Origin: the human T2T-CHM13v2.0 reference genome, Homo sapiens
Assembly (NCBI RefSeq): GCF_009914755.1
Contig: NC_060936.1
Strand: one strand, 5' to 3'
DNA length: 64,000 bases
Part shown: in pieces, positions 1 through 12,462 of the stretch
Layout of the letters: the number at the start of each line of letters is the position of its first letter
How positions within the stretch are numbered: position 1 is the first letter of the stretch
The notes under the pieces: generated by a model
Database searches by the model: none
Told to the model about the DNA's origin: nothing
What the model saw: only the letters and a program-made list of their open reading frames with translations
Made by a program: the position numbers and the translations under genes

Positions 1-2393
1 TAATTGCAATTAAATATGAAAGTTGAAAATGCTGTAAAATAACTGCAATAAAGATGCTGTAAAAACATCTTTTCTGTTTGAAAGATTCCCTTTGGGATTA
101 AACTATCTCTCTGGAGGGTTTTTTTTCCTGGTTTTTTTTTTTCATTATTTATAAGTGTATTTGATGCTGAAATTTGATCACCAGATCTATACTTCTATTC
201 ACTTTTCTTCTTAGGCATATTTTTGTCTCATTATATTTTTTCTTTGAAATTTATTTACTCATTTATCATTCTTTGGTTCGCTAGGTTCTTTTTCACTCTA
301 GCCATGATTTCATTAATCTTTTGGTCCAGAATGAAATAGTTGGCTGTAGAGGGAAAAAGGAGAGAAAAACAGATTCAATTTGGGAGCTACCCTGATGATC
401 AAAGAAGAGATGAGATCTGTGAACCATGAAAGATAAGAACTCAAAGAGGTCTGATATTCATGACTTTGCTCTATGCTAAGTGTCCAGAATGTTGTAGTTA
501 GTAAAATTACAGTAGACATCATCCTGTTCTGATCAAAACAAAACAAAAAAGAGACAGAAGGAAATGCTATTCTGTAAACTGGATTACAAGATTTTGACCA
601 GGTCTAAAACTATTTAAGAGACTCAGATTTTTCTATCTTTCTCTAAGCAGAGCTCATCTTGAATTGATTACATTTCCAATGTTTCTCAGCGTTAGTGAAA
701 TAAAAACAAATTTGCAATTTATTTTCATTTAAGATCCCATCTAATAAAAGGCAATTTTTGGTTACATAAAAATATAACTCTACCTATTTGGTTTTGGAAT
801 GCCCTGTGGACAGAATACATTGTTCCATTCTTTATATCAGGAGTGGTAATGCCAATTAGCTATGTACTATTAAGTAAACCACAGATGAAATGCTGCAAGC
901 CTACCCCAGCCAGTGGGATAGAAAGTGAGACAAAGAGCTTTTCCCACCTTCAAGTTGGTTGGGATCAGCTGTTTGAATTATCTCACAGAGGAGTTAGAGT
1001 AACCGACTGATTCACAAGGTAAAAAAAAAAAAATAGTAGCGAATCCTTGGAGGATGCCATATGCTCTGTGCGTTGTGGCAAGCTGCTGACAGCATACAAT
1101 TACAGACCTGAGATGCGGCACCACCCCAAAATCCAGTGGACAGGAATCTCTCCAGGCTTTTTAATCACTAATGGGGGCACACTCCTTCATTTCTGATATT
1201 TATCAGAAAGTGAATTAGTTAAAATGCAAATTCTTTCTGCCTGAAGAAGTCTGCATGTGGACTGAATTAATAAAACACGATTTAAAAAACACTGTGTTGA
1301 AGTTATAGTTAGAATCCTTCTTTCCTCTCTGCCATCATGGCCTGGAGACTCTAACCTCATTCTAAAGTCTGGGCCCTTTCAACCTAACCTATTTGACTGC
1401 AGCCCAAGTCTCAAATGAAGTTGTTGTTCCAGAAACTTCTTTATAAATATTCATCTCAAAAGGCAAGGGTGACAGTGTTGTAACAGGACATTTTTGCATA
1501 CAAAGCAAGTGTATGAGGCCTGTATTGTTAAAGGCATTTTCACTTCCTTTTCTGTGTGCAGGAAATCCTCATGCCGGTAATTACTAGCTAGTAACATTGC
1601 TCCTGCAACGTGGAGCAGTTGGCCTATTGTACATGCAGTGATGGATGTGTACCATGTGCCGGCAGAAGAAGCATCTCCTTTAACAGCCATGGTTTGCTGC
1701 ATATTTATTATGTATTATTATAGTCTTCATTGTAAGCTAGCCCAGAGTGAAGACTGCAGTGTGATTTCCATTGTAATTTCTTATTTTCATTCACTCTCAG
1801 CTTTGGGAAATGAGGTGAATTCGTTCATGAGGGCATTAAAGAACCCTTTTGTTGTACCGTGGCTATTCACCTGTCTTTACCTGACCCATGGAGCATAACT
1901 AGAAAGGCGCTAATATATATTTCTGAAAAATTGGGAGACAAATTCATGAGTCAATGATATTTCGTCATGGCTTTTGCATTTTATTCACTCTCTCTCTCTC
2001 TTTTTTTCCTGCTGATAGTTCTCTCTATTAGCATGGAAATTTGTAGCACAACACAGCATCTCATTGAGTGCTCACTCAGGATCTGGTCTGCCTGCTAGTG
2101 ATTGGACAAAACAACAGGTTAAAGAAAGGAGAACTTAGGAAGGCCAGGCTGAAGTGGGTGGGGGCTTTTCTGGCCATTTGTAACAAAACTCTTCTTATTT
2201 GATCATTGCTTCAGTTACTCTCTTTATCTCTTTAGGATTTTTGTCCATTGCTATTAATTCCATGTTTCAGAAAATTTAACTTGGTTACAAGGCTGTTGAA
2301 CCTGAGAAGAAGAATGCACAGCAAACAGTGAGGTGCTGGATGGATGGATAGAAAGTGGTAACATAACCAGGAAAACATTTAATAACACCAGAT

Positions 2394-2839
<446 letters not shown>

Positions 2840-2918
2840 TCAGATGAGGCTTTGGTCCTCTATATCTGACCATGGTGCAGTGTTGCTGGGCTTCTGGAAT
2901 TCAGGCTTTGGTGGACAG

Positions 2919-3118
2919 TAGTGGTTCTCAAAGTGTGATCTGTAGACCACTGACAGCAACATACCCTGAGAACCAGTTAGAACTATGAATTATTAGACCC
3001 CACTTCAAGTTTCCTGAATCAGAAACTCTGGGGGTGGAACCTGCAATATGTGTTTTAACAAGTCTTCCAAGCGAATTTGATACAGAACGATTGCTTCCAA
3101 AAAGCTTGAGAACCACTG
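2919..3118. mobile_element. MER5A-like hAT-Charlie DNA transposon
   Basis: Terminal inverted repeats tagtggttctcaa / ttgagaaccactg; internal ctgaatcagaaactctggggg motif. Confidence 0.85.
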
Positions 3119-3482
3119 GCCTAGGGCCTAGACACCAACATTTCAATCTTAAGATGTTAAGAGCTACTTAGAATTTAGTGCCCTTGACTTGAATTCTTGT
3201 TTATGATTTAAATGTTTTGTTACCAGCAATTGGTCAAACCAAAGGTGGAGAACCTCAAATACCAGTGTTCTTTTGGTTGTACTATCAGGCAAATGGGTGA
3301 CTGACTTCCAGATCAACAGCCAGATGGCTATTACCTAATATGATTGTGATTTTGATGGCCATATTATCACTAGAAGAAGATGACAATTTTTTTCCCCTAG
3401 TTTTCTAAGGGAATTATCTGTTGGTTACTCTAGTATTGTTAACTAGACAACCAGTAGACTCTTCCTTAGGATACCAGTTTCC

Positions 3483-3750
3483 TTTTGTCTCGCTTTGTCA
3501 CCCAGGCTGGAGTGCAGTGGCACCATCATGGTTCACTCCAGCCTCAAACTCCTGGGATCAAGTGATCCTCCTGCCTCAGCCTCCTGAGTAGGTGGGACTA
3601 CAGGCACACACCACCATACCTGGATAATTTTTAAAAAAATTTGTAGAGACAAGGTCTCACTATATTGCCCAGGCTGTTCTCAAACTCCTGGCCTCAAGTG
3701 ATGGCCTCCCAAAATGCTGGGATTACAGGCAGGAGCCACCATGCCTGGCC
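3483..3750 (-). mobile_element. Alu (AluJ-type)
   Basis: Reverse Alu with J-type features (tcaagtgatcctcctgcctcagcc); ends atgcctggcc. Confidence 0.93.
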
Positions 3751-4779
3751 ATTTTCATTTTCTGTGTGTGTATGCAAGTGGAATACCAATAAACACTGAC
3801 TTTCTAATTTTTTTTTAACCAGTATATGTATGTAGAGAGCAAGTGTGTAATGTCTCAAAGAATGTATGATGTTATTGGTTATTTTGTACAATTACCACAG
3901 AGCACAAAATTTAGGTAAAGCTGCTTCCTCCTTTAGTTGTTTTGCATTTATTAAAATTTGGTAGTCTAGTGTACCTGTTATTAGTGACCTCTGCTGTCCA
4001 GAAGCAGTACTACAACCATACAAATAGATAACGGGAATTTGATATTGTCCTACCTTGCAAGAAGGAATGGACTTATTGCAGTTATATAGAAAGAAAAATG
4101 GCATGGCTTACTGAAACATTATTTGGCCCTATGCAAAGAAAAATTCACTGCAGTGATGCCTGATCTGTCTTGAGAAAAATTATATTGTTTTTCCTCCATT
4201 GTCAAATTACCAAATGTCACCTTTGATGGCACTCCTCAATAGGATAGAGAACTTTTTAGAATTAGGAAGTCAGCATGATATTCTAGCTACCAGGATAATT
4301 CTCAGTCTTTAACATGTGACATTATTACCTATCACTAGTTTGTCTCTGATCATCTGAAATTAATACCTTATAATTCTTAAAATAAAATAAAAAATTATTT
4401 TATCTACCTTTAAGTATCTTACCATGAATGGTGATATAGGGGGAACAAAGGTTCTTGATATCCAGTAGGTGATCAATATTTGTTCAATGAATATCTAAGT
4501 ATTACAAAGTTAAGATGCTATATTGTAGCATCTAAGACAATCTTGATTGCTTCTCTAAAATGCAGGATCTGACCGGGAATTAAAGGACTGTCATTCAAAT
4601 AATGGTATTTCCTTTTTTCTTGATGTGTAAGCTTTGCCAGTGAGTTAAGAACTTTAGGGACAAGTATTAACTATTATATGTTCCTTGGCTAATATTTTAT
4701 AAACTAAGCCATGGGATGCTACTGCTATGCTAATAAATTTAGAAATATTTATTGAATACCTTTAAGGTACCTAACTGTA

Positions 4780-4930
4780 TAGTATGGTAGGACAAAGATG
4801 AGCTTTGGAATCAAGCAAACCTTAGCACTGATACATGGCTCTTTTACTTATTTGCAGTCACAGACAAGGAACTTAACTACTCTGAACCTCAGCTTCCACA
4901 TCTGTAAAATGGAATAAATAATACCTACTG
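4780..4930 (+). mobile_element. MIR fragment
   Basis: Core ctctgaacctcagcttccacatctgtaaaatggaata. Confidence 0.75.
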
Positions 4931-5150
4931 TTACAGAAAGCTTCCAAAACAGGAAATAAGGCAGAAAAAAGATAAAGTTATCTTTTAATGCTGTGCTAAT
5001 AAAATTTTCGACAAAGCCCACTTCAAAGCCATCTGACTATTTAGGGAAATGTAAATTTACATAATTGATTAGGTTCCATATATTTTACAATTCTGTAAAA
5101 CTGCTGAGATGTGATAATACATATTTCTGTCCGGTGGAGAAAATAGCTCC

Positions 5151-5622
5151 TGTTAAATAAAATTTATAAAAGGCCATTCATTGGTTTGGGCTGAGCTCCG
5201 TACTAGGCCCAACAAATCAAACCAAAATGGTGTCACTCATGCTGTAGTTCCCTGCTGACATGACGAAACTAAGACCCTTATCTGACCTTCCCAGAAATCA
5301 GGAGAGAGAAGAGAGAGAGTGCGCATGCGCAAGATAGATACTAGCCAAATCTCCCAGCAAGCCAGTTTTAGCCAACACAATAAGGAAATCTCCTCTACTT
5401 TAACCTTTACAGGAAAAATAACTTTGAAATGACCTATCTGATTGGTTTTTCCTATTTCTGCTTTCCTCAGCCCTTTTCTGTCTATAAAACCAGGCTTCTC
5501 TGCTGGGCTCACTGGAATACTTATTTTACTTTACAGAATGAGGTGTTGCCTGACTCTAGAATTGTAAATAAAAGCCAATTCAGATCTTCAAGGGAAATTT
5601 GTTTTAATTATTGTCTTTTGAT
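5151..5622 (+). mobile_element. ERV1 solo LTR (MER31-like)
   Basis: Starts tgttaaataaaatttata...ggccatt...gagctcc; aataaa near 5567; ends ttgtcttttga. Confidence 0.8.
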
Positions 5623-6272
5623 TCCCCCAAATTATGGGTTTATTGCCTTGTAGGACATTAACTAATTTTGCAACTAACTTAGCAATAATTGCTCAGCATT
5701 CTTTTTTTCCCCTCTCCCCTACCTGGTGCCCTATCGTTCTTGTTTTTCCTAATTCTTTTGAACTGAGTTTGTCATCCTGCTAGTTTTCTTAATAATGAGT
5801 TATAGAAAATTCAATACATGCTCACCATATATTTGTATAAGAAGAAGAATGTTTTGAATATTTTGAAAATTATGCTTTGACATACTACCTTCAAGAGTTT
5901 TTGTCCAAAGTGAATGAGAACACATCTGGGAAACCTCTTAGCTCAGTGGCTGGCACAGAATATGTTTATTTATTTTGCTATTTCCTAAGTTAAAGATGTT
6001 TACACATGGTTCTTGCCCATGAAGAAGTAAAGCTCTAGCTAGAAAAACACAATGATAACCTGATGGGGTTCAGATCATCCTACCCCAAAATATGGCACCC
6101 TGGCATTTGAGAAAACGGTAGAAGTAGGAAGAGCACTCTCCTGTTCCCCTGCTCTTTCCCTTCTGAAGAAGGTCATAAGACCTTCATTCAAGAGGTACTC
6201 TTTCTACTACAGAGGAAAAGAATATCCTTATCCTCAAAGACACAGATATGCTTCACAGAATCTGAATAAAAA

Positions 6273-6545
6273 GTCTGGGTGCGGTGGCTCACGCCTGTAA
6301 TCCTAACACTTTGGGAGGCCAAAGTTGGCAGATCACTTGAGTTCAGGAGTTCGAGATGAGCCTACCCAACATGGTGAAACCCTGTCTCTACAAAAGTACA
6401 AAGATTAGCTGGGTGTGAGGCAGGATAATTGCTTGAACATGGGAGGCAGAGGCTACAGTGAGGTGAGATTGCACCACTGCACCCCAGCCTGGACGACAGA
6501 ACGAGACTCTGTCTCAAAAAAAGAAGAAAAAAAAAAAAAAAGAAT
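6273..6545 (+). mobile_element. Alu with small internal deletion, nested in LTR
   Basis: Alu sequence; TSD gaataaaaagtc at 6264-6275 and 6548-6559. Confidence 0.95.
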
Positions 6546-6803
6546 TGGAATAAAAAGTCCTTGCTAAGTCTCCCCCAGTTTATTGCCATGTCATACCTGC
6601 TTTGTCCAGTCATACTTCCCCGAGACTGTTCACTCTTCATCAAACCTAGCATGGAAATACACAGGTTTCCCTGATTTGGGGGGTCTTTATTTCTGAAGGC
6701 TCCCATGTTATGTAAACTTACATTAAATACATTTGTATGCTTTTTCTGCTGTTAATCTGTCTTTTGTTATTGGTGTCTCAGCCATGAACATAACGTTGGG
6801 TGA

Positions 6804-7223
6804 TGTTAAAATAAAAACTTTAGGAATTAGATTTAACGGAGTTTTAAGTGAGCAAAGAAAAATTTGAGAATTGGGCAGCCCCAGACCAGAATAGGTTCAG
6901 AGTGACTCCAGGGCTGCCACATGGTCAGATCACATTTATGGACAGAAAAAGGAAAGTGATGTACAGAACACAGAAGTGAGGTGCAGAAATGGCTGGATGG
7001 GTTACAGCTAGGTATATGCCTTATTTGAACCTGGCTTGAATAGGTGGCTGCCCGTGGTTGACTGAAGTTTGGCTGCTGTGATTGGCTGAGACTCAGTGTT
7101 ACAAGAATGGGTTACAGGCTGTTTATATGTCATGGTAGGTCACAGTTCACTATGTACAGATAAACCTTCAGTCTGAACTTAAAATATGTGTGGAAGCAGC
7201 TTTAGGACAAACTTAATTTAATG
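6804..7223 (-). mobile_element. MER57-type ERV1 solo LTR nested in the older LTR
   Basis: Reverse complement starts ..ttaaattaagtttgtcctaaagctgcttccacacatattttaagttc; 4-bp TSD gtga. Confidence 0.85.
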
Positions 7224-8732
7224 GTGAGAAAATAAATCTTTTCTTCCCTACACACCTAAGAGGTAATGGGAGAATGTTTATAGACTGGGCTAAGAAGGGC
7301 CCACTCTGAAGGCAGAGTTCAGAGAACAGAGAGATCAGGGCTGCAGAAAGTTATTAGCGAAGATCACTGCATGCACTTGGATTTGATAAGGCTGATTCCT
7401 ATGGGCTCAGGAGCATGCATTTTAAATAAATATCCCTGGTGATGTGGGTTATAATAGTTTAGGGGCACGATAACATGGCAGAGAATAGAGAGGCTAAGGT
7501 GCCCCCCAAACTAACATTTTGAAAGTGAGGATACTTGATGACAGACAGGATATTAGGGTTGAAGGAGAACAAATCCTGGAGTCAAACAGACTCCAGCTGT
7601 TTGAATACAGAGGACGAATACGAGGTATGAATCTTGGATCAAAATATCCAGTGTGCAAGAAACTTACATTTTTTTTTTTTCTGTAACTAAACGTATTTTT
7701 TATTCAAAGTTGTCTGTCTGCCAGGATGCAGAAGCCTAATCTCTGACAATAGGAGAGATCCTAGGGCTTTCTTAGGCTAGTCATGTAGCTACAACTTGTT
7801 GTGTGTTTGTTCTGGGCGTACCCACTAAGGTCCAAGGAGCCTACAGAGACCCAAAGCATTAGTGGGAGGAGGTGGCTGGACTTTTGATTTGTGCCATTAT
7901 CTGCCAGGACTGGCATCTGCTGAGTTGATGAAAACCTAGTTGGTTTTCATTTTGGGTCTCCTTAACCACTAGGGGTCTACAAACTTCTCAGAGGCTGGTG
8001 AGCGATTTTCAATATTTTGCAAGGTTTCCTTACCAGGTGTCATTCTCCCATTCTTTTCTGCCAACTGAATCCTTTTTCTCCCAACAATCCAGACTCTATC
8101 CTAGAGTTCTTAACTCAGGTCTTCCTACAAAGACTCAGGAAGTCTTTGAAATGTAGATGTATCTTCTGGCAGTCCTTTGAGAGCTCAGAGACCTAAGATC
8201 AGCATCTCTGAGTGGCTTCGTTTTCCTTTTCTGCATTTAAAAGTGAAGGCTTCACCTGGGGCTGGTGCAAATGGCTTAGGCGGGGGTAGAGTGTGCTTTA
8301 GTGGATGCAGAGTTTTTCTTTTCTTTTCACTTTCCCAGCCCTCCAATGTAAAAGATTAAAAAAAATTATTAGAAGTAAGTGGAATAGAATGGGGAAAGTA
8401 AAGCAAAATGCCTTACCCTGGGGCCAGGAGAATTCTTGGGGGAAGAACAGGTTCTAGTAACATTTTGAATAAAAGCGATCCTGGCTACTAGTATTTCAAC
8501 CTTTTCCCCCATCACTCCTTCCTAACCCTTATCTCCATAAGTGTCTACCTTTGCTGTACAATTTAACATCAGAGGTTCTGTTCCCACTTTGTTTCTAGTC
8601 CTTGTCCAGCTGGAAGAGGAGGCATTATTCTTTACCCAGAGCCTATTAATACAGAGCACTGTGTAAGAAAGTGGGCCCCCTGAGGTCCTCATAGCTGTGG
8701 TAAGTGGGACAGATGGAGGGACCTCCTGCCCC

Positions 8733-9426
8733 TGTCAACTGAAGAATCACGAGGTTCATAAATGTGGTTTATGGTTTATGATGTGGTTTATAAGGCTTGT
8801 CTCTTATAAAGGGTTGGAGATTGCAGGATGACCATCCTACAGGCTGGGAAGTGTAGCCTCAGGCAGAAACCAGAAGGAGGCATTTCAAGGGAGGGAAGAG
8901 TGAGACAGGAATTTATGCTGAATGGATTGACAAAGGAAACACATCCAACAGGTTATAGGAGGAGCTACTAATATTCACAAAAGATGCACACTTACATGTA
9001 TAGTAAGCAAACATGTATGTTACATATGTCCCATGTTCACTTTGTGGTGTAAACTTAACATTTAAATGCATTAAAATTAGAATAGATATAAAGTGAAGCA
9101 GAGGACATAGAGGCATCCTGTGTCCTGCGTCTGTAATGAGTCCAGAATGAGTCCATGGTGGATGGTCTCTTATCAAAAAGGAATGCTGGTCAGTTGTTTT
9201 GAAACCACAAAAAGGGAGGGGAGGCTGGCTGGGCTGGTTGCTGTTTAACTCTTAGGAAAGAAAGTTCAATATCAGTTAGCAAGTAAGTGGGTATAACAAA
9301 TAAGGTATATCTAATCTCCCATCTCATCATGGCTGGGAACTCAGTTTTTAAGATTTCTCCAGAGTCCCCTTGGCCTGAGAACTGATTAGTTGATTGGGAT
9401 GCCTAAGATTTTATTTTTATTCCTCA
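8733..9426 (-). mobile_element. MER39-like ERV1 solo LTR
   Basis: tgtcaactgaagaatcacgaggttcataaat ... ttttatttttattcctca termini; TSD cccc. Confidence 0.8.
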
Positions 9427-9804
9427 CCCCACCTTTGATGGCCCTCTCTGACTTGATTGTGATAAGAGGATCCCTGATCCAATTTTATGTAAAGAGAAAT
9501 GTTGCGAGCCTCCCAAGTTGGGATTCTGGATGCATTTTTCTGTGGCAACTTTGAAGCTTTGCAGATGTAACTTCCCCCTGAAATGCCCTTTCCCACTTAA
9601 TTATCTGGAATATTCCTAAGGCCTCTCTGTGAGCCTTCTCTGCTATGTGTCAGGGTGTCCACCTACCCCTTCCCAGTAGAGACCATCCCTACTGACTTTA
9701 CAACATCTTCACACCTTGAGAACACTCTGATCAAGGCTTTATTTCTCTTATTGCAAATCTTCATTTATTTCAAGATATGTTTATTGAGTCCCCATAGAGA
9801 GATA

Positions 9805-10015
9805 GTGAGAGTATTACAAGGTTCTGGCTTCGCAGTCAGACTCCCTGAGTTTGGGTCTCAGTTTTGCCTCTTATTACTTGTATGATCTGAAGCAAGTTGC
9901 TTAATTTGTCTGTTTCATCCTCTGTAAAATGGATCGAACCCAGAGTATTACTATGTATTAAATGATTTAATATGTGTAAAGTATGTGTGAATTCTTAACA
10001 TGTAATGCTATTTAA
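9805..10015 (+). mobile_element. MIR
   Basis: gcaagttgcttaattt...tttcatcctctgtaaaatgg core. Confidence 0.7.
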
Positions 10016-10117
10016 TAAATGCTAATTATTTCCCTGTGTCAAATATTTTGTTTGAAATTGTGTGCTTTTTGAAAAACTATGTCTTACTCTTTGTTCACAC
10101 CACCAATTCCTAATACA

Positions 10118-10122
10118 GCTAC

Positions 10123-10164
<42 letters not shown>

Positions 10165-10165
10165 C
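10118..10165 (+). repeat. (TCTA)n tetranucleotide STR
   Basis: About 11 units visible. Confidence 0.97.
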
Positions 10166-10199
10166 TGGTGAATAAATGAATTAGTGACAAACATTTACA

Positions 10200-10709
10200 T
10201 GTTATAAGTAAAGTTTTGGTGCCGCAAAAGAAATAGCACTCGAATATAAAATTTTCTTTTTAATTCTCAGCAAGGCAATGTACTTCTATAGAAGGGTGTG
10301 CCCTTACAGATGGAGCAATGGTGAGTGCACACTTGGACAAGGGAGGGGAAGGGGTTTTTAATCCCTGATGCATGTGGCCCCTGCTGCTGTGTCATTCCCC
10401 TATTGGCTAGGGTTAGACCGCACAGGCTAAACTAACTCCGATAGGCTAATTTAAAGAGAGTGACGGGGTGAGTGGTTTGGGAGGAAAATTGGTTATGGCA
10501 GAGTAGGAAATTGGAATGAGTCAGGGTGGAGAATGAGCAGGTAATCGGAATGAGTCAGGGTGGAGCAGGTAATTGGAATGAGCCAGGGTGGAGTAGGTAA
10601 TCGAAAAAGATTGCTTTACGAGAAAGTTAAGTTTAAAAGTAGAAGGCAAAGAATTGAACATACTGACATATTGATTCTTTGAAGAGAAATTTAGAACTCA
10701 TATCTAACA
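10200..10709 (-). mobile_element. LTR10 (LTR10A/F-type, HERV-I) solo LTR with AP-1 tandem repeat
   Basis: Reverse complement starts tgttagatatgagttctaaatttctcttcaaagaatcaatatgtcag; TSD taca; ~28-bp repeats containing TGAGTCA. Confidence 0.9.
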
Positions 10710-10931
10710 TACATATCATAATCCCCCATCTCCTAAAACAATCATTTCATGGTTTACACATTCATTCTATGATCACTGCTTTTAAGACAAATGAGATAAC
10801 TGATTGGAGCTATTTTTTTGCAAAATGCTTGTCTTACAGACCCATCAGTATTAACTATCATAAGTTAGTAGTTTCTTATTAATGCATCAACAATATCATT
10901 ATTATCATTATCAATGCTATTGAGAACTTAC

Positions 10932-11426
10932 TATAGGAAAGAGGGTGGCTCATGGCCGCCACCCTTATAGCAAAAGACAGATTAACAAGATGAAAGCACA
11001 ACAAATTTACCTAACCAAATTTTTACATGACATGGGAAACTCCAGAAATGAAGAACCAAAGACCCAGGGAAAGCTGTGTATTTTTATGAAAAGTCATGTA
11101 GGGGAGTGACTGGAGGACAAAAGGACGTGATCTAATGGTAATAAACTGGGGAGAACTCTGCAAGGTTTGTTTGCGCAGATACTTCTTGGCATCTTTGCAT
11201 CTTCCTTTCTTTCCTCTAGGTGTTTGGCAGGACATCTGCCACATAAGGGTCTAAAAACCTAACTTCAGGGAATAGAGAATTTCTCTATGGCTGTGTTTCA
11301 ACAGAGAAAGGTGAGAGAGTCAGAGAATGACCCTTCTGCTTTTGTGGTTTTTCTCAGTTTCCTTAGGCTTAAATGCCAGAATGCCAAGATGTCCTACTTT
11401 GAAATAGTGTTCCCTGCACCCCATCA
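10932..11426 (-). mobile_element. MER4-group ERV1 solo LTR (same group as 6061), inserted in a MIR
   Basis: Ends ...ccccatca (reverse of tgatgggg); TSD ttac; MIR sequence resumes on both sides. Confidence 0.82.
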
Positions 11427-11640
11427 TTACTATATGCCAAGCACTATGCCAAGCCCTTTATGAAAATTATCTCATTTAATCCCCACAACAACCCCAGGAA
11501 GCACTTATACTTCTCAGGCCCACCATACAGATAAAGAAGAGTAGAGTAACTAACTTGACCCCAGTCATACAGCCAGGGAAGGCCAGGTCACAGTTTAGAT
11601 TCACATGCCTGACTTCCAAGACAGTATTCTTAATTGCTTC
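11427..11640 (-). mobile_element. MIR (remainder, split by LTR)
   Basis: tatgccaagcactatgccaag...atctcatttaatccccacaacaacccc. Confidence 0.75.
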
Positions 11641-11927
11641 ACTCAACTAACTGTCTGCAGGTAAATACTATTACATTGTTTGCCCATTTAAGTTGTTGGC
11701 AACAAGCCACCAGTGACTGCAGAAAGATAGTGAGGGGACAAAGAGCAGAAAGAGTGAGCTCCTTGAATTGCCTTGAAATTTTCGTGGAGTAGAATATTAA
11801 AACGTGTTTCACTACCAGTGGGTAGGTGGCACAGGATTTGCAGGGACATTTGGGCTCAAGTCCTTATTCTACTATCTCTAAATATGTGGCTTTGAGCCAA
11901 GCTATTTAACCTGTTGAGCCTTGACTT

Positions 11928-12462
11928 TGATGGGACTCAGGACATGCGACCTCAAAATATGGCACATTGGCACTTGAGAAAACAGCAGAAGTCGGAAGGT
12001 CACTCCCTGAACTTCTCCTGCCCTTCTTCCTGAAGCAGGTCATAAGACTCTTTTTCAAAGAGTATCTTCCATATGCCTGGAAAAAAACACCAAAATCCCC
12101 CCAAAAACCATCCTTATCTGTGAAAACACAAGGACACAGAGAAGAATCTGAACAAACAGGACGTGTTGAGTTCTCCCAGTTTATCACCATTCTCGTACCC
12201 CTTTTGTTCAACCATATTTCTCCACAACTATCCATTTCTTCATCTCTACATCTCATCAACCTGCATAAAAATACGCAGGTTTTCCTGTTTTTTTGGGTCT
12301 TCATTTTTGAAGGCTCCCATGTCATGTCAAGTTCATTAAATAAATTTGGATGCTCTTCTCTTGTTAATCTGCTGTTGTTGTTGTTTTGTGGTTTTTGTTT
12401 TTGCTGCAGGAGCTCAGCCAGGAACCTAGAGATGGAAAAGAATATATTTCTTTTCCCCTACA
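11928..12462 (+). mobile_element. MER4-group ERV1 solo LTR (same group as 6061), inserted in a MIR
   Basis: tgatgggactcaggacatgcgacctcaaaatatggcac...ttttcccctaca; TSD actt; MIR core tttcatctgtaaaatggg resumes after it. Confidence 0.85.

Larger units (their letters stand above)
6061..7252 (+). mobile_element. MER4-group ERV1 solo LTR (LTR54/MER92-like), interrupted by an Alu and a MER57
   Basis: Starts tgatggggttcag...accccaaaatatggcacc and ends ttcttccctaca; clearly homologous to 11928-12462. Confidence 0.85.

Noticed and set aside
10500-10605. CRISPR-like spaced repeats
   Set aside because: Tandem LTR10 units without unique spacers, in mammalian DNA with no cas genes.
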